From Phoronis australis (Eukaryota; Animalia; Phoronida), in contig NMRA01000273.1 in assembly GCA_002633005.1 (NCBI GenBank), positions 501,555 through 565,554 on the forward strand: a DNA stretch of 64,000 nt. The letters are read 5' to 3'. The notes under the pieces were generated by a model. The model ran no database searches. It saw only the letters and a list, made by a program, of their open reading frames with translations, and was not told the DNA's origin. Shown in pieces: positions 48,501 through 58,600 of the stretch (its first letter is position 1; the number at the start of each line of letters is the position of its first letter). The position numbers and the translations under genes were made by a program.

Positions 48501-50182
48501 ATGCGAATATCAAAAGCTGCATTCCAGTTGCGTCATAGGTAACAGAGTTATTCCAACATACTGGTACATGCCAACATTGAAAATGACTAAAATAATATGA
48601 ACTAAACATAGAGGACATGGCTTCAGTACGGGTGGGAATAATTGTTCAGCACCAGGCCCTTTAGTGAGGGTTTTAAGCCATTGGAAAAAGACTAGTGACT
48701 ATTGGCTCAGGACCAGGTCCTCTAGTGGGGGTTGGAAGTTACTGAAGGAAGGTTAGTAACTACTGCTCAGGACCAGCCTGCCTCATGGGAGTTGGAAGTT
48801 GCTGGAGGAAAGTAGTCCCAACTTAGAGATTGATCCCTGAGACCACACCACAACTACAGTCCAGGCCCTATGCACAATACCATGTTTGCAACTAAACATC
48901 GGCCAAAAACTATGCAAGATTACATAGTCCCAATGTACTTGCCATCAGTCAAACATAAACTTCTGGTTTGACAGCTTATTACAAAATAGATGTGAGCTTG
49001 AGACTTCTGGGTATGAGAAGAACCGACAGGTTGTTCTATGTTTGAGCCCAGGCTCATGAACAGGGTTCGACGAGCCATCCTGTCTATCTGAGAACATTTA
49101 TGAACTGAGAATTTCATCACCTAGAGTTCAGGCACTCGACAGTTCCGTCACAATTTGGAAGGTGAACAAAAGAAAATAGCATGTGGCTGATGGTTCAATG
49201 CCATTTATTTAGGCCCACGCACCACTCATTGAGAGAGAGTAGCATCTAGTTAACCTTTTATTTCTTTTCATATCAACAACAATGACAAATTACAACAGAA
49301 ATGTTCCTCCATATTTAATTAACAAATTCCTCAATAATTACAACATTTTGGCAATTGTAAATACAAAGGATGAAAAGACATCAGAGAAGTCTAATATTTA
49401 TTAATTGATAAGCTTTATGTTTTTTTTGTTTGTTTTTAATCTTCTCTCTGGGTTGTATGAATACAAGTTTGATGCTAAATGTCGATTATTGCTGCTAGCC
49501 TGACCTGCATTGACAGACAAGTACCATAGATTGGATTTCTTTTAAACCAAGACAGAAACTCGGGCAATAGTTGGAAATGTCGGTCTCTGATATCAGTGGG
49601 TGTAACTGGTTCTCAAATCACCTAAACCAGGGACCTACCTATCCGGCTACTACTGAAACTTAAAGACTTTACTGGAAGAAAGAACGCTCCATGCAGACCT
49701 AACCTACAATGCCTACATACTGTCATGGAAAGGCACGCTTGTTGCATTGGTTGGTCATGGGAACTGCGTATATCCCATGCCTTGCCCCCTGCCCTTGGGC
49801 TTGGGACAAATTGTAAAATGGCTGCCCACACTTGTCCCTTGGCCTTGCTTGCAACTTCTTCTGGCTGTTGTTAAAGTTTGCAAGGGCAAGACCTATGGTG
49901 TCACTGATATTTAGTGAGAGTGTTTGACACATGAGACCATAAACTACGATCTATGATGAGACGATTAAGTGACCAGGTGACAGTGACTTGACTGTCTCTG
50001 ACTGACTGCCTCTGCCTCTCTGCCTCTACTCTGGTCAATGACTGAGAGCGAGTGAGACTGAGAGGGTGAGTGAGACTGAAACCAACTGGGTACGAGCGAG
50101 AGAAACCCTGAAGCAACACACTACTACGCTTCAGAGTTCTTAGATATCGTACTGGTTTATAAGACTTACCTAAACCGTCCAT
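21416..50182 (-). CDS. EML: Echinoderm microtubule-associated protein-like (EML1-4 type) gene span, multi-exon
   Basis: Phase-consistent GT-AG exons encode the trimerisation coiled coil, the HELP motif (KMYMKGRP...LQLEWVYGYRGRDCR) and WD40 repeats ending ...LQWQINE*. Linker exons between 35911 and 45252 are unresolved. Confidence 0.95.
22015..22145 (-). CDS. EML: EML exon (WD40)
   Basis: IWPENADGTDVNACTRSNNQTLVASADDYGKVNLFTYPCCHLK; 131 nt. Confidence 0.95.
23037..23315. mobile_element. 279-bp MITE, same family as 939-2895
   Basis: Same TIRs. Absent from the duplicate block, where the empty site reads gagaattggcg (about 24355-24365). Confidence 0.9.
23545..23640 (-). CDS. EML: EML exon, copy B of the same 96-nt exon (probably the other allele)
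   Basis: Same peptide as 24589-24684 with one synonymous Thr change (ACG vs ACT); the block junction is a single N at 23725. Confidence 0.85.
24589..24684 (-). CDS. EML: EML exon, copy A of a duplicated 96-nt exon
   Basis: SGSSCKQVFQSSTLKDTEWATQNCTLDFTVA; phase 1-1. Confidence 0.9.
25542..25629 (-). CDS. EML: EML exon (WD40)
   Basis: GHSSYVTHLDWSADSQHLRTNSGDYEILY; 88 nt. Confidence 0.95.
26120..26217 (-). CDS. EML: EML exon (WD40)
   Basis: GERLAVGSRDNGIYVYKVSEDGRKYQKVGKCV; 98 nt. Confidence 0.95.
26462..26530 (+). mobile_element. tRNA-derived SINE head (decayed)
   Basis: A-box-like TGGCCTAGCG and B-box GGTTCGAGTCC at tRNA-like spacing, without an intact cloverleaf. Confidence 0.6.
27826..27982 (-). 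CDS. EML: EML exon (WD40)
   Basis: EGAHCASFHPNASVIVIGTQSGRWHAIDSSTRDTISTHHDGIEQLECIEFSP; 157 nt. Confidence 0.95.
28273..28345. repeat. 18-bp tandem repeat (ttgatcatttatcattgc), 4 copies
   Basis: Direct observation. Confidence 0.9.
28611..28846. mobile_element. About 236-bp MITE, Harbinger-like TIRs
   Basis: ggacccattccaagaaaactgactta ... taagtcagtttcttgaaatgggccc. Confidence 0.7.
29075..29206 (-). CDS. EML: EML exon (WD40)
   Basis: GHTDEVWGIAAHPSQHQFITCSYDKHVFLWDTLTHSAVWFNEVN; 132 nt. Confidence 0.95.
30188..30313 (-). CDS. EML: EML exon (WD40)
   Basis: LPDAYGPVRTLCQGKGNMIVVGTTRNCILSGTLDFKFSAIVQ; 126 nt. Confidence 0.95.
31229..31386 (-). CDS. EML: EML exon (WD40)
   Basis: GNRITQHVYGAHEGGIFALCMLKDGTIVSGGGKDRRIVQWTSSLERTGLEAE; 158 nt. 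Confidence 0.95.
31719..31818 (-). CDS. EML: EML exon (WD40)
   Basis: KHEKPKYVLCVAFTDNGDVLSGDSNGNIFLWGR; 100 nt. Confidence 0.95.
32121..32255 (-). CDS. EML: EML exon (WD40)
   Basis: SSTDTILVADFHPLERNEIILTGKNQMTFWTIENGCLTKKQGIYE; 135 nt. Confidence 0.93.
32720..32939 (-). repeat. Degenerate about 91-96-bp tandem repeats made of EML exon 3' end plus donor
   Basis: GAAACTAAG|gtacaggagga recurs with donors at 32939, 32848 and 32752. Confidence 0.9.
32940..33044 (-). CDS. EML: EML exon (WD40)
   Basis: DGGQFLCAVDESNEHVLSVWDWAKGDGGSKMAETK; 105 nt. Confidence 0.95.
33705..33806 (-). CDS. EML: EML exon (WD40)
   Basis: PHVRVWDSISLNTLHVIGLGDFERAVACVGFSKL; 102 nt. Confidence 0.95.
34138..34210 (-). 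CDS. EML: EML exon (WD40)
   Basis: LAVHPDKITIASGQVAGHEKKAGK; 73 nt, AG/GT, phases fit. Confidence 0.95.
34470..34619 (-). CDS. EML: EML exon: HELP second half / WD40
   Basis: YGYRGRDCRHNLYLLPTGEVIYFIASVVVLYSVDEHTQRHYTGHNDDVK; 150 nt. Confidence 0.95.
34620..35781 (-). other. U12-type (minor spliceosome) GT-AG intron in EML
   Basis: 5' splice site GTATCCTTC. Branch-like ACCGTTAAC about 10-12 nt before the CAG acceptor, with no real polypyrimidine tract. Splicing restores WV|YGY in frame. Confidence 0.85.
35782..35911 (-). CDS. EML: EML exon: HELP motif, first half
   Basis: EAALKMYMKGRPLHLVAPSKYAEDYDVNKKDELPAEKLQLEW; ends at a GTATCCTT (U12-type) donor. Confidence 0.95.
38850..38940. repeat. 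Interspersed repeat; inverted relative at about 54135-54225
   Basis: ctggttctcaaactacagggacccctgt vs acaggggtccctgattttgagaaccag. Confidence 0.6.
39558..39752 (-). CDS. Candidate alternative EML linker exon (NYSIYGLSNPDKAWNAPPTRYTSMVNLPSYSNRSHLETVMENGRYTPSRHSMSPATRPDRPPSRR)
   Basis: GC-richer island, tgcttgcag acceptor and gtcttg donor, 195 nt, symmetric phase 2-2. Composition resembles the EML basic linker. Confidence 0.55.
41284..41570. repeat. About 46-50-bp minisatellite, about 6 copies
   Basis: gaacccaccatggcccagggtccaactaacttcatatggaagtgtgcaga variants. Confidence 0.9.
43421..43500 (-). CDS. Candidate EML linker exon (THNSELVVNTPGGHKLNAHDDVVFLL)
   Basis: gtgttag|...|gtatag, 80 nt, phase 2-1. 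This is the phase needed to join the 45252 exon to the HELP exon; no sequence homology recognised. Confidence 0.35.
43600..44965. repeat. Tandem duplicated block (43600-44282 and 44284-44965) joined by a single N; each copy holds a 16-17-bp (tagtcatacccaatcc) minisatellite
   Basis: Near-identical copies with a handful of substitutions; N at 44283. Confidence 0.95.
45252..45468 (-). CDS. EML: EML exon: basic Ser/Pro/Arg-rich linker
   Basis: tctctttcag|...SNTLPNKPHVKNTPRRANVPTRTDVSPRAATPDFSSSHRSHPPSPKLTPKSRQSARKWPSSSTDLNQDTPH|gtcagt. 217 nt, phase 1-2. Confidence 0.85.
46549..46683 (-). CDS. EML: EML exon: trimerisation coiled coil
   Basis: atttcag|...DQDDVDLRILALEKKVSQQDDEIVCLKSALSDALRRLAAVETSR...|gtatgg. 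135 nt, phase 1-1; matches the EML QxDEIxxLKxALxDxxRRL motif. Confidence 0.93.
48640..48820. repeat. Degenerate about 60-bp tandem repeat, about 3 copies
   Basis: ctcaggaccagg...gggttggaagttactg...tagt variants. Confidence 0.7.
50170..50182 (-). CDS. EML: EML probable first coding exon (MDGL + 1 nt)
   Basis: ATG GAC GGT TTA G|gtaagt. Strong donor; phase 1 matches the coiled-coil exon; resembles the MDG start of vertebrate EML4. Confidence 0.7.
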
Positions 50183-50262
50183 ATTCAGAGGATTAACATG
50201 GAATTTTCGACCACAAACAATGGCACACCTCTGTAAACATGCACTTAACAAGCAGCGACACC

Positions 50263-50417
50263 TGGCGTGCGTTCAATAATGCTATGCCCTAAGCTAGGAC
50301 TTAGCTAAAATCTAGCATAGGTCACGTGATTTTATTCGGAACACACGATAATATCTCACGTAATCTCACGAATTCTTACTTTGTAGCGAGGTCCTAGCGT
50401 TACTGAACGGGAGGCTA
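50263..50417. mobile_element. Small MITE just 5' of the EML first exon
   Basis: cgttcaataatgcta ... tagcgttactgaacg inverted ends; a related terminus agttcaataacgctaggacctcg lies at about 8612. Confidence 0.5.
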
Positions 50418-51115
50418 ATGTTCATATATGCGAGACATCTGGTGGTGATGCTGTGCGTGAACTTGGAATTCTGCTTAATTAATCTCAAGATCGCGTTTAC
50501 GTCAACTTGCAATGCATTAGGAAACTTGGCAAGTTCATTCAAATAATCACGTTCGCGTTGATGAAAAATGCACTACATAAAAATACATGTTAATGAAACA
50601 CTAAATTTTAATCAACCCCTTTTCAATTATTAGTAACCTTATTTCCCAAATGACAATTATTGATTTAACCATTCACATATTCCTCCCATTCTGTGACACA
50701 AGTTACGGTAAAGGAGAAATGTGTGATCATGAAGCCAATAATTATAAAAAATACACCTGATTGTCGTAATGAATATTCAATTTCAAGTTCACGAATAGGC
50801 CTACGCGATCTTGAAAGTAAGAAGTGTTCCAAGTTCACACACAGCAGTGACTCGGAGATTTCACTGACATCCACGACGGTCAACCCGATACAGCACAAGA
50901 AATGCTCCGTGATGTCAAAAGCGTAAACCTTTTTGTAGAGGAATTGTAACGCTTAGACATTATTAGAAAACCCTTCAGCTGTAGTTTTCTGTTGTTAAAC
51001 GAACCTTTTCGAGCTCCCACAGTGAATCCTAAGTTTGTGCCGGGGCAATCGATGCGCGGGAAAATGCACCTTCATTTCGGTCCGTTGGTCGTAAAAAAGT
51101 TACCTGTATTAGGAG

Positions 51116-52294
51116 CACGTCCGGTAGGAAGGAATATATTATTGGGGGACACAAAATCATTCCATTTTGTCAAAGTTTTGACCCCCTACAATGTCTCGAA
51201 TTTCGGATTCTTGTTCCCTATTAGTCACGACATCACTTCCATCCTCTGGCCCGCCCCCGCCCTGTCGTCTCCAATTNNNNNNNNNNNNNNNNNNNNNNNN
51301 NNNNNNNNNNNNNNNNNNNNNNNNNNNNNNNNNNNNNNNNNNNNNNNNNNNNNNNNNNNNNNNNNNNNNNNNNNNNNNNNNNNNNNNNNNNNNNNNNNNN
51401 NNNNNNNNNNNNNNNNNNNNNNNNNNNACCAGAAACTTTGTTACCTTTTGAAACAACAAAAAATCGCGCTTTATATCTGATCACGTTACTCAGTAACGCG
51501 TTTAGGATAGGGTTTAGGGGATATCACCTTGGAATTGAGCAGTCAATCAGAACATTGTCTCTGAAATTTCACCAAATGGACTCTGAGTGAAAATGAGACC
51601 GCATCACCACTTTTTAGACGCGGTTATTTCAGATTTGGCATATACAACGCGTTACTCACGTGGTTGGGGGTCTAATCAGTGCTGGAGATTAATTAGAATT
51701 TCAGCTTGGATCGAAGTCAATTTCTGACAAGATTAACTTTCAATTATCAAAAATCTTCCTGTCGATTTTCGTATAAACATTAACTCAGAAACCAATAAGC
51801 CTTGCAGGTTACAAGAAGCACGTGCGGGCCCGGGCCACTTCTTAGTAGCATAAATATAAAAGGCTAGTTCTACAGGTCCGCAATTCAACGTGAAAATTTT
51901 AGGTACGCGTGCAGATGCTTGACGGGCAACCGCGAGAGGGAGGAGGGGTTTGATGCCCCTCAGACGCACAAGAAAATTTCAGAAGATGTGACTGAATTTT
52001 TCATCTTCATTCCAGTGATAGCGTGTTACTGCTCATGAGTAAAACTTTCACAACAAGAAATCTGTTATACATGGTGTTCCAAAATATACTCACAATTAAA
52101 ATGCATTGTTTATTGGCTTAGTGATTCAAATTCACAAACACTGAGGATATCAAACGGAATCAAGTCTTTAAATGAAATTAAACACACTGTTCATTAACTT
52201 GGGAAGATTAATTGTGTTAGTTTCCGATAGTATTTCGCAATAAAATCTCCTTCTCCTTTGTCCCCCCAATAATTTTTACCTTCCTACGGACGTG
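51116..52294. mobile_element. Probable TIR element between the EML and STIP1 starts (contains gap 51277-51427)
   Basis: cacgtccggtaggaagg...attattgggggaca vs tgtccccccaataa...ccttcctacggacgtg, about 35-bp inverted ends. No TSD found. Confidence 0.55.
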
Positions 52295-52554
52295 TCAGTG
52301 GGCTCCCCATCGATCCAAAGGGCTGGAGCCCCTAAATATTTAAGGAAGGCATATAATATTCACCTGGAATTAAGGAAATAAACTGCAGTTGCTACTAGCT
52401 TTAGGGCCCTGTGTGTCAGTTTCCCAATAAGTGATATATAATTTTAAACAACAGAAAAAAGAGAGCGAGTGGTGACTTCATTATTCCTTGGTAAAGGGTC
52501 TCGGTCTTTGCAGAGTGGTCAGTGCCGCAGTTGCACCAATATTACTGTACTACA

Positions 52555-52600
52555 CTCCAGGGGGCGCTGTTACGAATTTCTCGAAGATTCCAAGATGGCC
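52555..52600 (+). promoter_or_regulatory. STIP1 proximal motifs: CTCF-like site, three-unit heat-shock element and YY1-like start context
   Basis: ctccagggggcgc at about 52555-52567; tTTCtcGAAgaTTCc at 52577-52591; caagATGGCc at 52591-52600. Confidence 0.6.
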
Positions 52601-52615
52601 GACTTCGAAAAACAA
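52595..52615 (+). CDS. STIP1: STIP1 probable first coding exon (MADFEKQ)
   Basis: caagATGGCC context, gtgagt donor, phase 0 matches the next exon. Confidence 0.8.
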
Positions 52616-55600
52616 GTGAGTACCCATGTGGGGTAGATTTATCTTAAGTTTCCGTTTTTTGTGAAAGTGCTAGAAAAAATACACATTATTTCTACGAAAA
52701 ATGACGGAATACTCAGTTGGGGGGCCACGTCTTTGGTGCCAGAGTGAGGCAATGGAGTCAGTGTCCTGTTAGATGCCATACCCGAACCCGCCGGTAATGC
52801 CTGGTGTGGCAACGTGACTAGTGAGTCACCATCGGAATCGAAACTACCTCCAACTGCAATTGTAGTCACTATCGAAACCCCTTTCTGCCGCAAAAATTTG
52901 ATTTCATCACGAAATTTGGACAATCTTTCATTTTTGCCATCTAAATTGTAAAGAATCATTCAAAAATAGCAACATCCAGACACTGACCCCCGTCTCTAGC
53001 TGGCTCAGTAGCGACGGTGCGCTACTATAGGAGCTTCATATGATGGAAGGTTTTCGGCGAATTATGCCTCACACTAACTAAAATATCAAAGTCATTTTGT
53101 TACAAATACCTTTTGTGCATACACAGAGGAACAACGTAGGCTTAGGAGGCTGTCGTTGTCTTTAATTCCTCCCAACTCGAACAAATATTCCCGTTAACAA
53201 ATTTTTTCTTCGAGCAGTCTCACGTTCAGTTCTCAAAATTGGCAATTGTCCATTTTTACACTGCGCACGCCAGGGGATATGCTGTCATATTACCTGCCAT
53301 GCGCAGTGTTAAAAATGGTGAGTTTCTGATTTTGGAAACTGAACGAAGGACTGCTCGAAGAAGAAGTCTGATAACGGGAATATTTGTTCGAGTTGAGAGG
53401 AATCAAAGACATCAACGGCCTCCTAAGTGCCATTCTATGCCCAAAAGGTATTTGTTACAGCATGACTGATCTTTTAGTCAGCGTGAGGCATGATTCACCG
53501 AAAAGCTTCTGGCGTATGAAGCTCGAGTTCAGACTCCAACTTATAGTTACCCTCTGATACAGCGCCACCTATACTGAAAAGTGGCCATGTAGAAACATGA
53601 TGAACGATACATGGAATTCCGTGAGTGGCATCAATGCGCATGCCTTGGTCGAAAGTATACCGATCACATCGCTACCACTTGCACTCGCCTTTATGCCTCT
53701 GTACTTGTTTGGGCGTAAATCACTGGATCAGGGTTCCCTTGATTTTGTTCACTTCTATCACTGCCGGGTTTAATAAATTACAACTATTCAAGTCAAAAGT
53801 GGTCGCCATACTTGGAAACAGTAAACTGAAAAGGGTTTCAACCAGTGGGAATGAATGTTATGATGTGGGTTTCATTACTCTAACCAATGAGAAGCCATGT
53901 TCAGCAACATTCGGCAGTGCTACCTTTCGTAGCACAGTGTAACTTGCAGCTTTAATGCTGGGGTCATCTAGTACAAACTAGAATTAGACAGTAATCCAGG
54001 TAAATCAATACTTATTTTGAGTTTGCAAAAAAGTAGACTGGAAAATGGAAAAAAAACTTGAGTTAGATCGGGAGTACTACATAATGTTGTAGGCATCGTT
54101 GATAAAGTTCCTATCTCCAGTGTAAAGGGGCTGTAGTCATTAACAGGGGTCCCTGATTTTGAGAACCAGCTTGATGGCTGTTATTCAGTAAAGAAAACTG
54201 GTTCTCACAATGATTGACCCCCTTAAGTGACTACTACTGACATATCTGTCGTTTCTACTGAACAACATATTGTTTTCCAGGCTCAAGCTGAGAAAGAGTT
54301 GGGCAACGCAGCTTACAAGAAGAAGGACTTTGCTACAGCCCACCAACATTATGACAAAGCTATTCAGTTATCCCCTAACAATATCACATTCTACACCAAT
54401 AAAGCAGGTACTCTCAACTCCTACTTACCTTTGCTATATACACCGTTTTCCTTTGTTTGTGCTCTGTAATTTTATTTCAATATGTAAAATGAAAGGTTAA
54501 GCGCTTAGTGAATTCAGTTACATGCTATGTGAATTTAAGATACGCCTATATAAAGTTGCACGCTATATGAATTTGATTTGTAAACACGCCACATGAAATT
54601 ACTCGATTTTGGCTCAGGAGTTTTCATTGTAATTTCAAAAGGTAAGTGTTGAAATTATGGCAGCATTGTGTTGTAAAGCAGTGGGGAGTTTACTGAAATT
54701 ACTTGACCAATTGGGAATGTTGCTGAAACTGTGGTGAAGTTGATTGGAAGAAAGGAATTAATTTTAAGAGAGACAGCACATTAGCGAGGTGTTTTTTGTT
54801 CTATGGCTTCATAGAAACGGTTTTACAAAGTAATTGATTTGAGCTGATAAAAATCTAAGGATTTCAGCAGATTTTTGTTCACTTTTCTAAAATGACTTAC
54901 TATGAACATGTATTTTTGATCACATTTAAAAAGGACTTTTCCTCCTCTCTTCAGGCATGTACATAGAATTTATGAAATTAACCCCTTACTGATTCTATCT
55001 CAAAATTGTCCTTGCTATGACAGGAGTTATTTTTTATCTTTGATTTGTCCTTGCTGTGGTGTTAGGCGACCTGGGAAAAATTCCAAGTCACCACAAAGTC
55101 ACCACTGTGACTGTCAGTCAGACAACAATTCCCTTCTAAATTCGTTACAAAGTTCATGTTAACTTCCAAACTTTAAATTAGTAACAGTTTTCCTAGATTT
55201 ATTGCCTTTGATTTACAATTGTTCCGTTGATTCCATGAAGTCACCCATTTGCCACCACAGTTAAATTGCAACAGGAAGTAAACAGATTGAAATATGAATT
55301 GTTTGGTAAAAATTGGGCACGATCGGCCACCATTCCATGCATTCGTTCTTTTGCTGGCGGGAGGACTTGAGCTAGAGAATGAAGATACGCCTTCACCTAC
55401 ACTTAGGTATTTACAAGGGAAATTGGAGGAGTGTGTGACTAAACGATTGTTCAACCTTTTTTTTGAGATTTTCAGTTTTGTTGACCTTAGATTTGGTTTG
55501 ACGACCTGGGATTTTTGCCAGGTCGCCTAATGTGACTTGTCGTTTAGCTAAGAGTCCAATGCTGCTGCTATGGTAGCAATTGGTTTCTATCACAACATTG

Positions 55601-58600
55601 TCCTTGCTACAATAAGCTGTGATTGACATCAAGTGACTCAATCTCAACAGGACCAGCCTTGTAGTGTCAACCAGGGCAATTTCCAATGGGAGAAATGTAC
55701 CCTTGTAGACGAGCTGAAGCAGTTACGAAATATGCCCTTCTTGGCAAATAGTTAAAAAACGTAACTTTGCAGACAAATTGTTAGAAAATGTACCCTTGCA
55801 GACTAACAGTTGCGAAATGTACCGTTGCAAACAAAAGTTACGAACTTTACCTTTGCAGATAAATAGTTACGAAATGTACTCTTGTAGGTATACAGTTACA
55901 AACATTAATGCAGGCAGGTCTAGTTGTAATTTTTTGATATTGTCTGTTTGTTTTTCAGCTGTTTACTTTGAGGAGGGTAACTATGAGGAGTGTATCAAGA
56001 CTTGTGAACAAGCTGCCACAGTGGGCCGTGAAAGCAGAGCTGACTTCAAGTTGATTGCTAAGTATGTACCCAGGTTACAAGACATGCGAAACTAGTGTTA
56101 TGTAGGACTAGATCAAGTTTTTATCAACACAGTTATGAGACCATGCATGTGTTGTAAATAGTATATACCCAAGTTACAATAAATAATCAATATTTTATGT
56201 GGCAAGATCAAGCTTTTATCAACAGTTATGAGACTGTAAGTCATATTTTCCCAGTTTACAAGACATACCCAGTGTTGTATGTGACTTGATCAAGCTTTTA
56301 TCAACACATATGAGACCATGCAGGTGTTGTGAATAGTCACTTTGTTCATGGCACAACGCACTGATTATTTTGTATGAACATGTTTTTAAGTGATATGAAC
56401 GATATTGCATTTGCTTTAATATTTACACTCAGTGCTCTGTCATTTTCATTATGCGCATGAAACATATTTGCTTGAGGAGCTAGTTGAGAAGGCCACACTG
56501 AGATTTCATATTCTCATGTTCACTGTGATGCAGTACAGTAATGATGGTGGTTACACGAAATTCAGTGGAATCTGGCTTGGATATTTGACGGTCTCAAGTG
56601 TTTGTTGATACTTATCCTTTAAGACAATGTTATTGAATGAAACTGATGTGATACGTTGTGGTTTAGCAATTTGGCAAAGATCTTGCTGACATTCTTACGT
56701 AGTGAGGGTATTTTGGCAGGAAGACATGTTGCCAGATTTGTTTGGGTTGAGTGTCGGCATTGATCAAAGTTGCCATTAGTAAAGATGACAAAGTTGTTGT
56801 TGCTGATAAGGGCGACTATAAAAATGAAAACATCAGTAGCAAAAATTCCAGTGAGGTGTCCTAAAAATCCGTGAGATATGCCCTGTCTTAGATTGGAAGA
56901 AGCCATAATGGTCATTGGCAACTTGAAAAGTGTTTCTTCTAAAGGGCTCTTCGATGGTTGATTGATGTGCTTAGGAACTCGAGTTGAACTGGAAAATGTT
57001 AACAAGGAAATGTGACACTGGTTGTTAGATACTGAATTGTAAAACATTGTCAACGGCTTTTTATGCGCCCACATATTTATATTTGGACGCGTTATGCCGT
57101 CGTCTCTGTCCATCCGGGCGGTGTCCTTCCGGCATCCAGGGTCCGCTGCTCTATCTCCAAAACCCTTTGACATACGTTCATGAAATTTGGCATATATGTT
57201 CCATTCATGAATGGGACGGCATGAGCGAACTTTCGGACGGATCCGATTACCGGTGTGCCCCCTAGTAGTGGCAATTTTAGTTTTTTACGCTTACCTTTGT
57301 ATCTTAAAAAGTCCTTTACGGATTTTCATGAAATTTGGTATGTAGGCACCTATTAGTGAGATGACGCTATCTTCCCATTTTCTGATGGATTCGACGTAGT
57401 TTGCACCACCTAGTGGCCATTTTTACCATTTTAGAGTCTGTATTTTTGTGTCCACTCCTCTATCAACCAAACCGCTCAAAGGATGATTGTGAAAATTGGC
57501 ATGTATGTGCTTACTATGAAGAGGACGGTTGACGATGATTTTCCGACGATTTCGATTACTGTGGCGCCTCCTAGTGGCAGTTTTGTTTTTTTGCACCTAT
57601 GACTGTATCTCCTAAACCGTTCACAGGATCTTTACAAAATTTAGTAAGTATATTTATATGATGTTAACAACGAACTATGACGACTTTTGGAAAGACCCGA
57701 CTTCCGGCGTGCTCCCTAGTGGCAATTTTATTTTTTTTACGTTTACCTTTGTATCTTCAAAAGTCCGTAACGGATTTTCATGAAATTTAATGTGTAGGCA
57801 TCTGTTAGTGAGATAACGCTATCCTCCAGTTTTCGGATGGATTTGACATAGTTTGCACCACCTAGTGGCCATTTTTACTGTTTTTGAGTCTGTTTTTTTG
57901 CGTCCACCCCTCTATCAACCAAACCGCTCAAAGGGTGATTGTGAAAATTGGCATGTATGTGCTTACTATAAAGAGGATGGTTGACGATTTTCCGACGATT
58001 TCGACTACTGTGGCACCTCCTAGTGGCAGTTTTGTTTTTGTTGCGCCTATGGCTGTATCTCCTAAACCGTTCGCAGGATCTTTACTTAATTTAGCAAGTG
58101 TATTTATGTGATGTTGACTACGGATGACGACAACTTTCAGACAGATCTCACTACTGCTGTGCCCCCTAGTGTCAATTTCAGTCTTTTTACATTGAACTCA
58201 GTATCTTCAAAGGTCCTCAACAGATTTTCATAAAATTTTAAATATAGGCATCTATTGGTGTGATGATGCTATCTGCCTGTTTTTGGATGGAATCGAGGTA
58301 TTTTGCACCACCTAGTGGCCACTTTTGCTGTTTTCAAATCTTGTTTTTGGTGTCCATCCCTGTATCAACCAAATCATTTGAAAATTGATTGGCATATATG
58401 TTCTTAGTGTGAAGACGACCTTTGATGATGGTGACTGATTACTGTGGCGCCTCCTAGTGGTAATTTTGTTTTGTGCCCATAGTTGTATCTCTTAAACCCA
58501 CTGCAGGATCTTTACTAAATTAAGTAAGACAGTGTATTTATATGAACAACAGACGACGACCACTTTCAGGCAGATCCAACGGACACTGTGCCCACTAGTG

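Noticed and set aside
51104-51170. Alternative EML first exon ending CAG|gtaac
   Set aside because: It overlaps a transposon terminus, and its phase 0 does not fit the phase-1 coiled-coil exon. A non-coding exon cannot be excluded.
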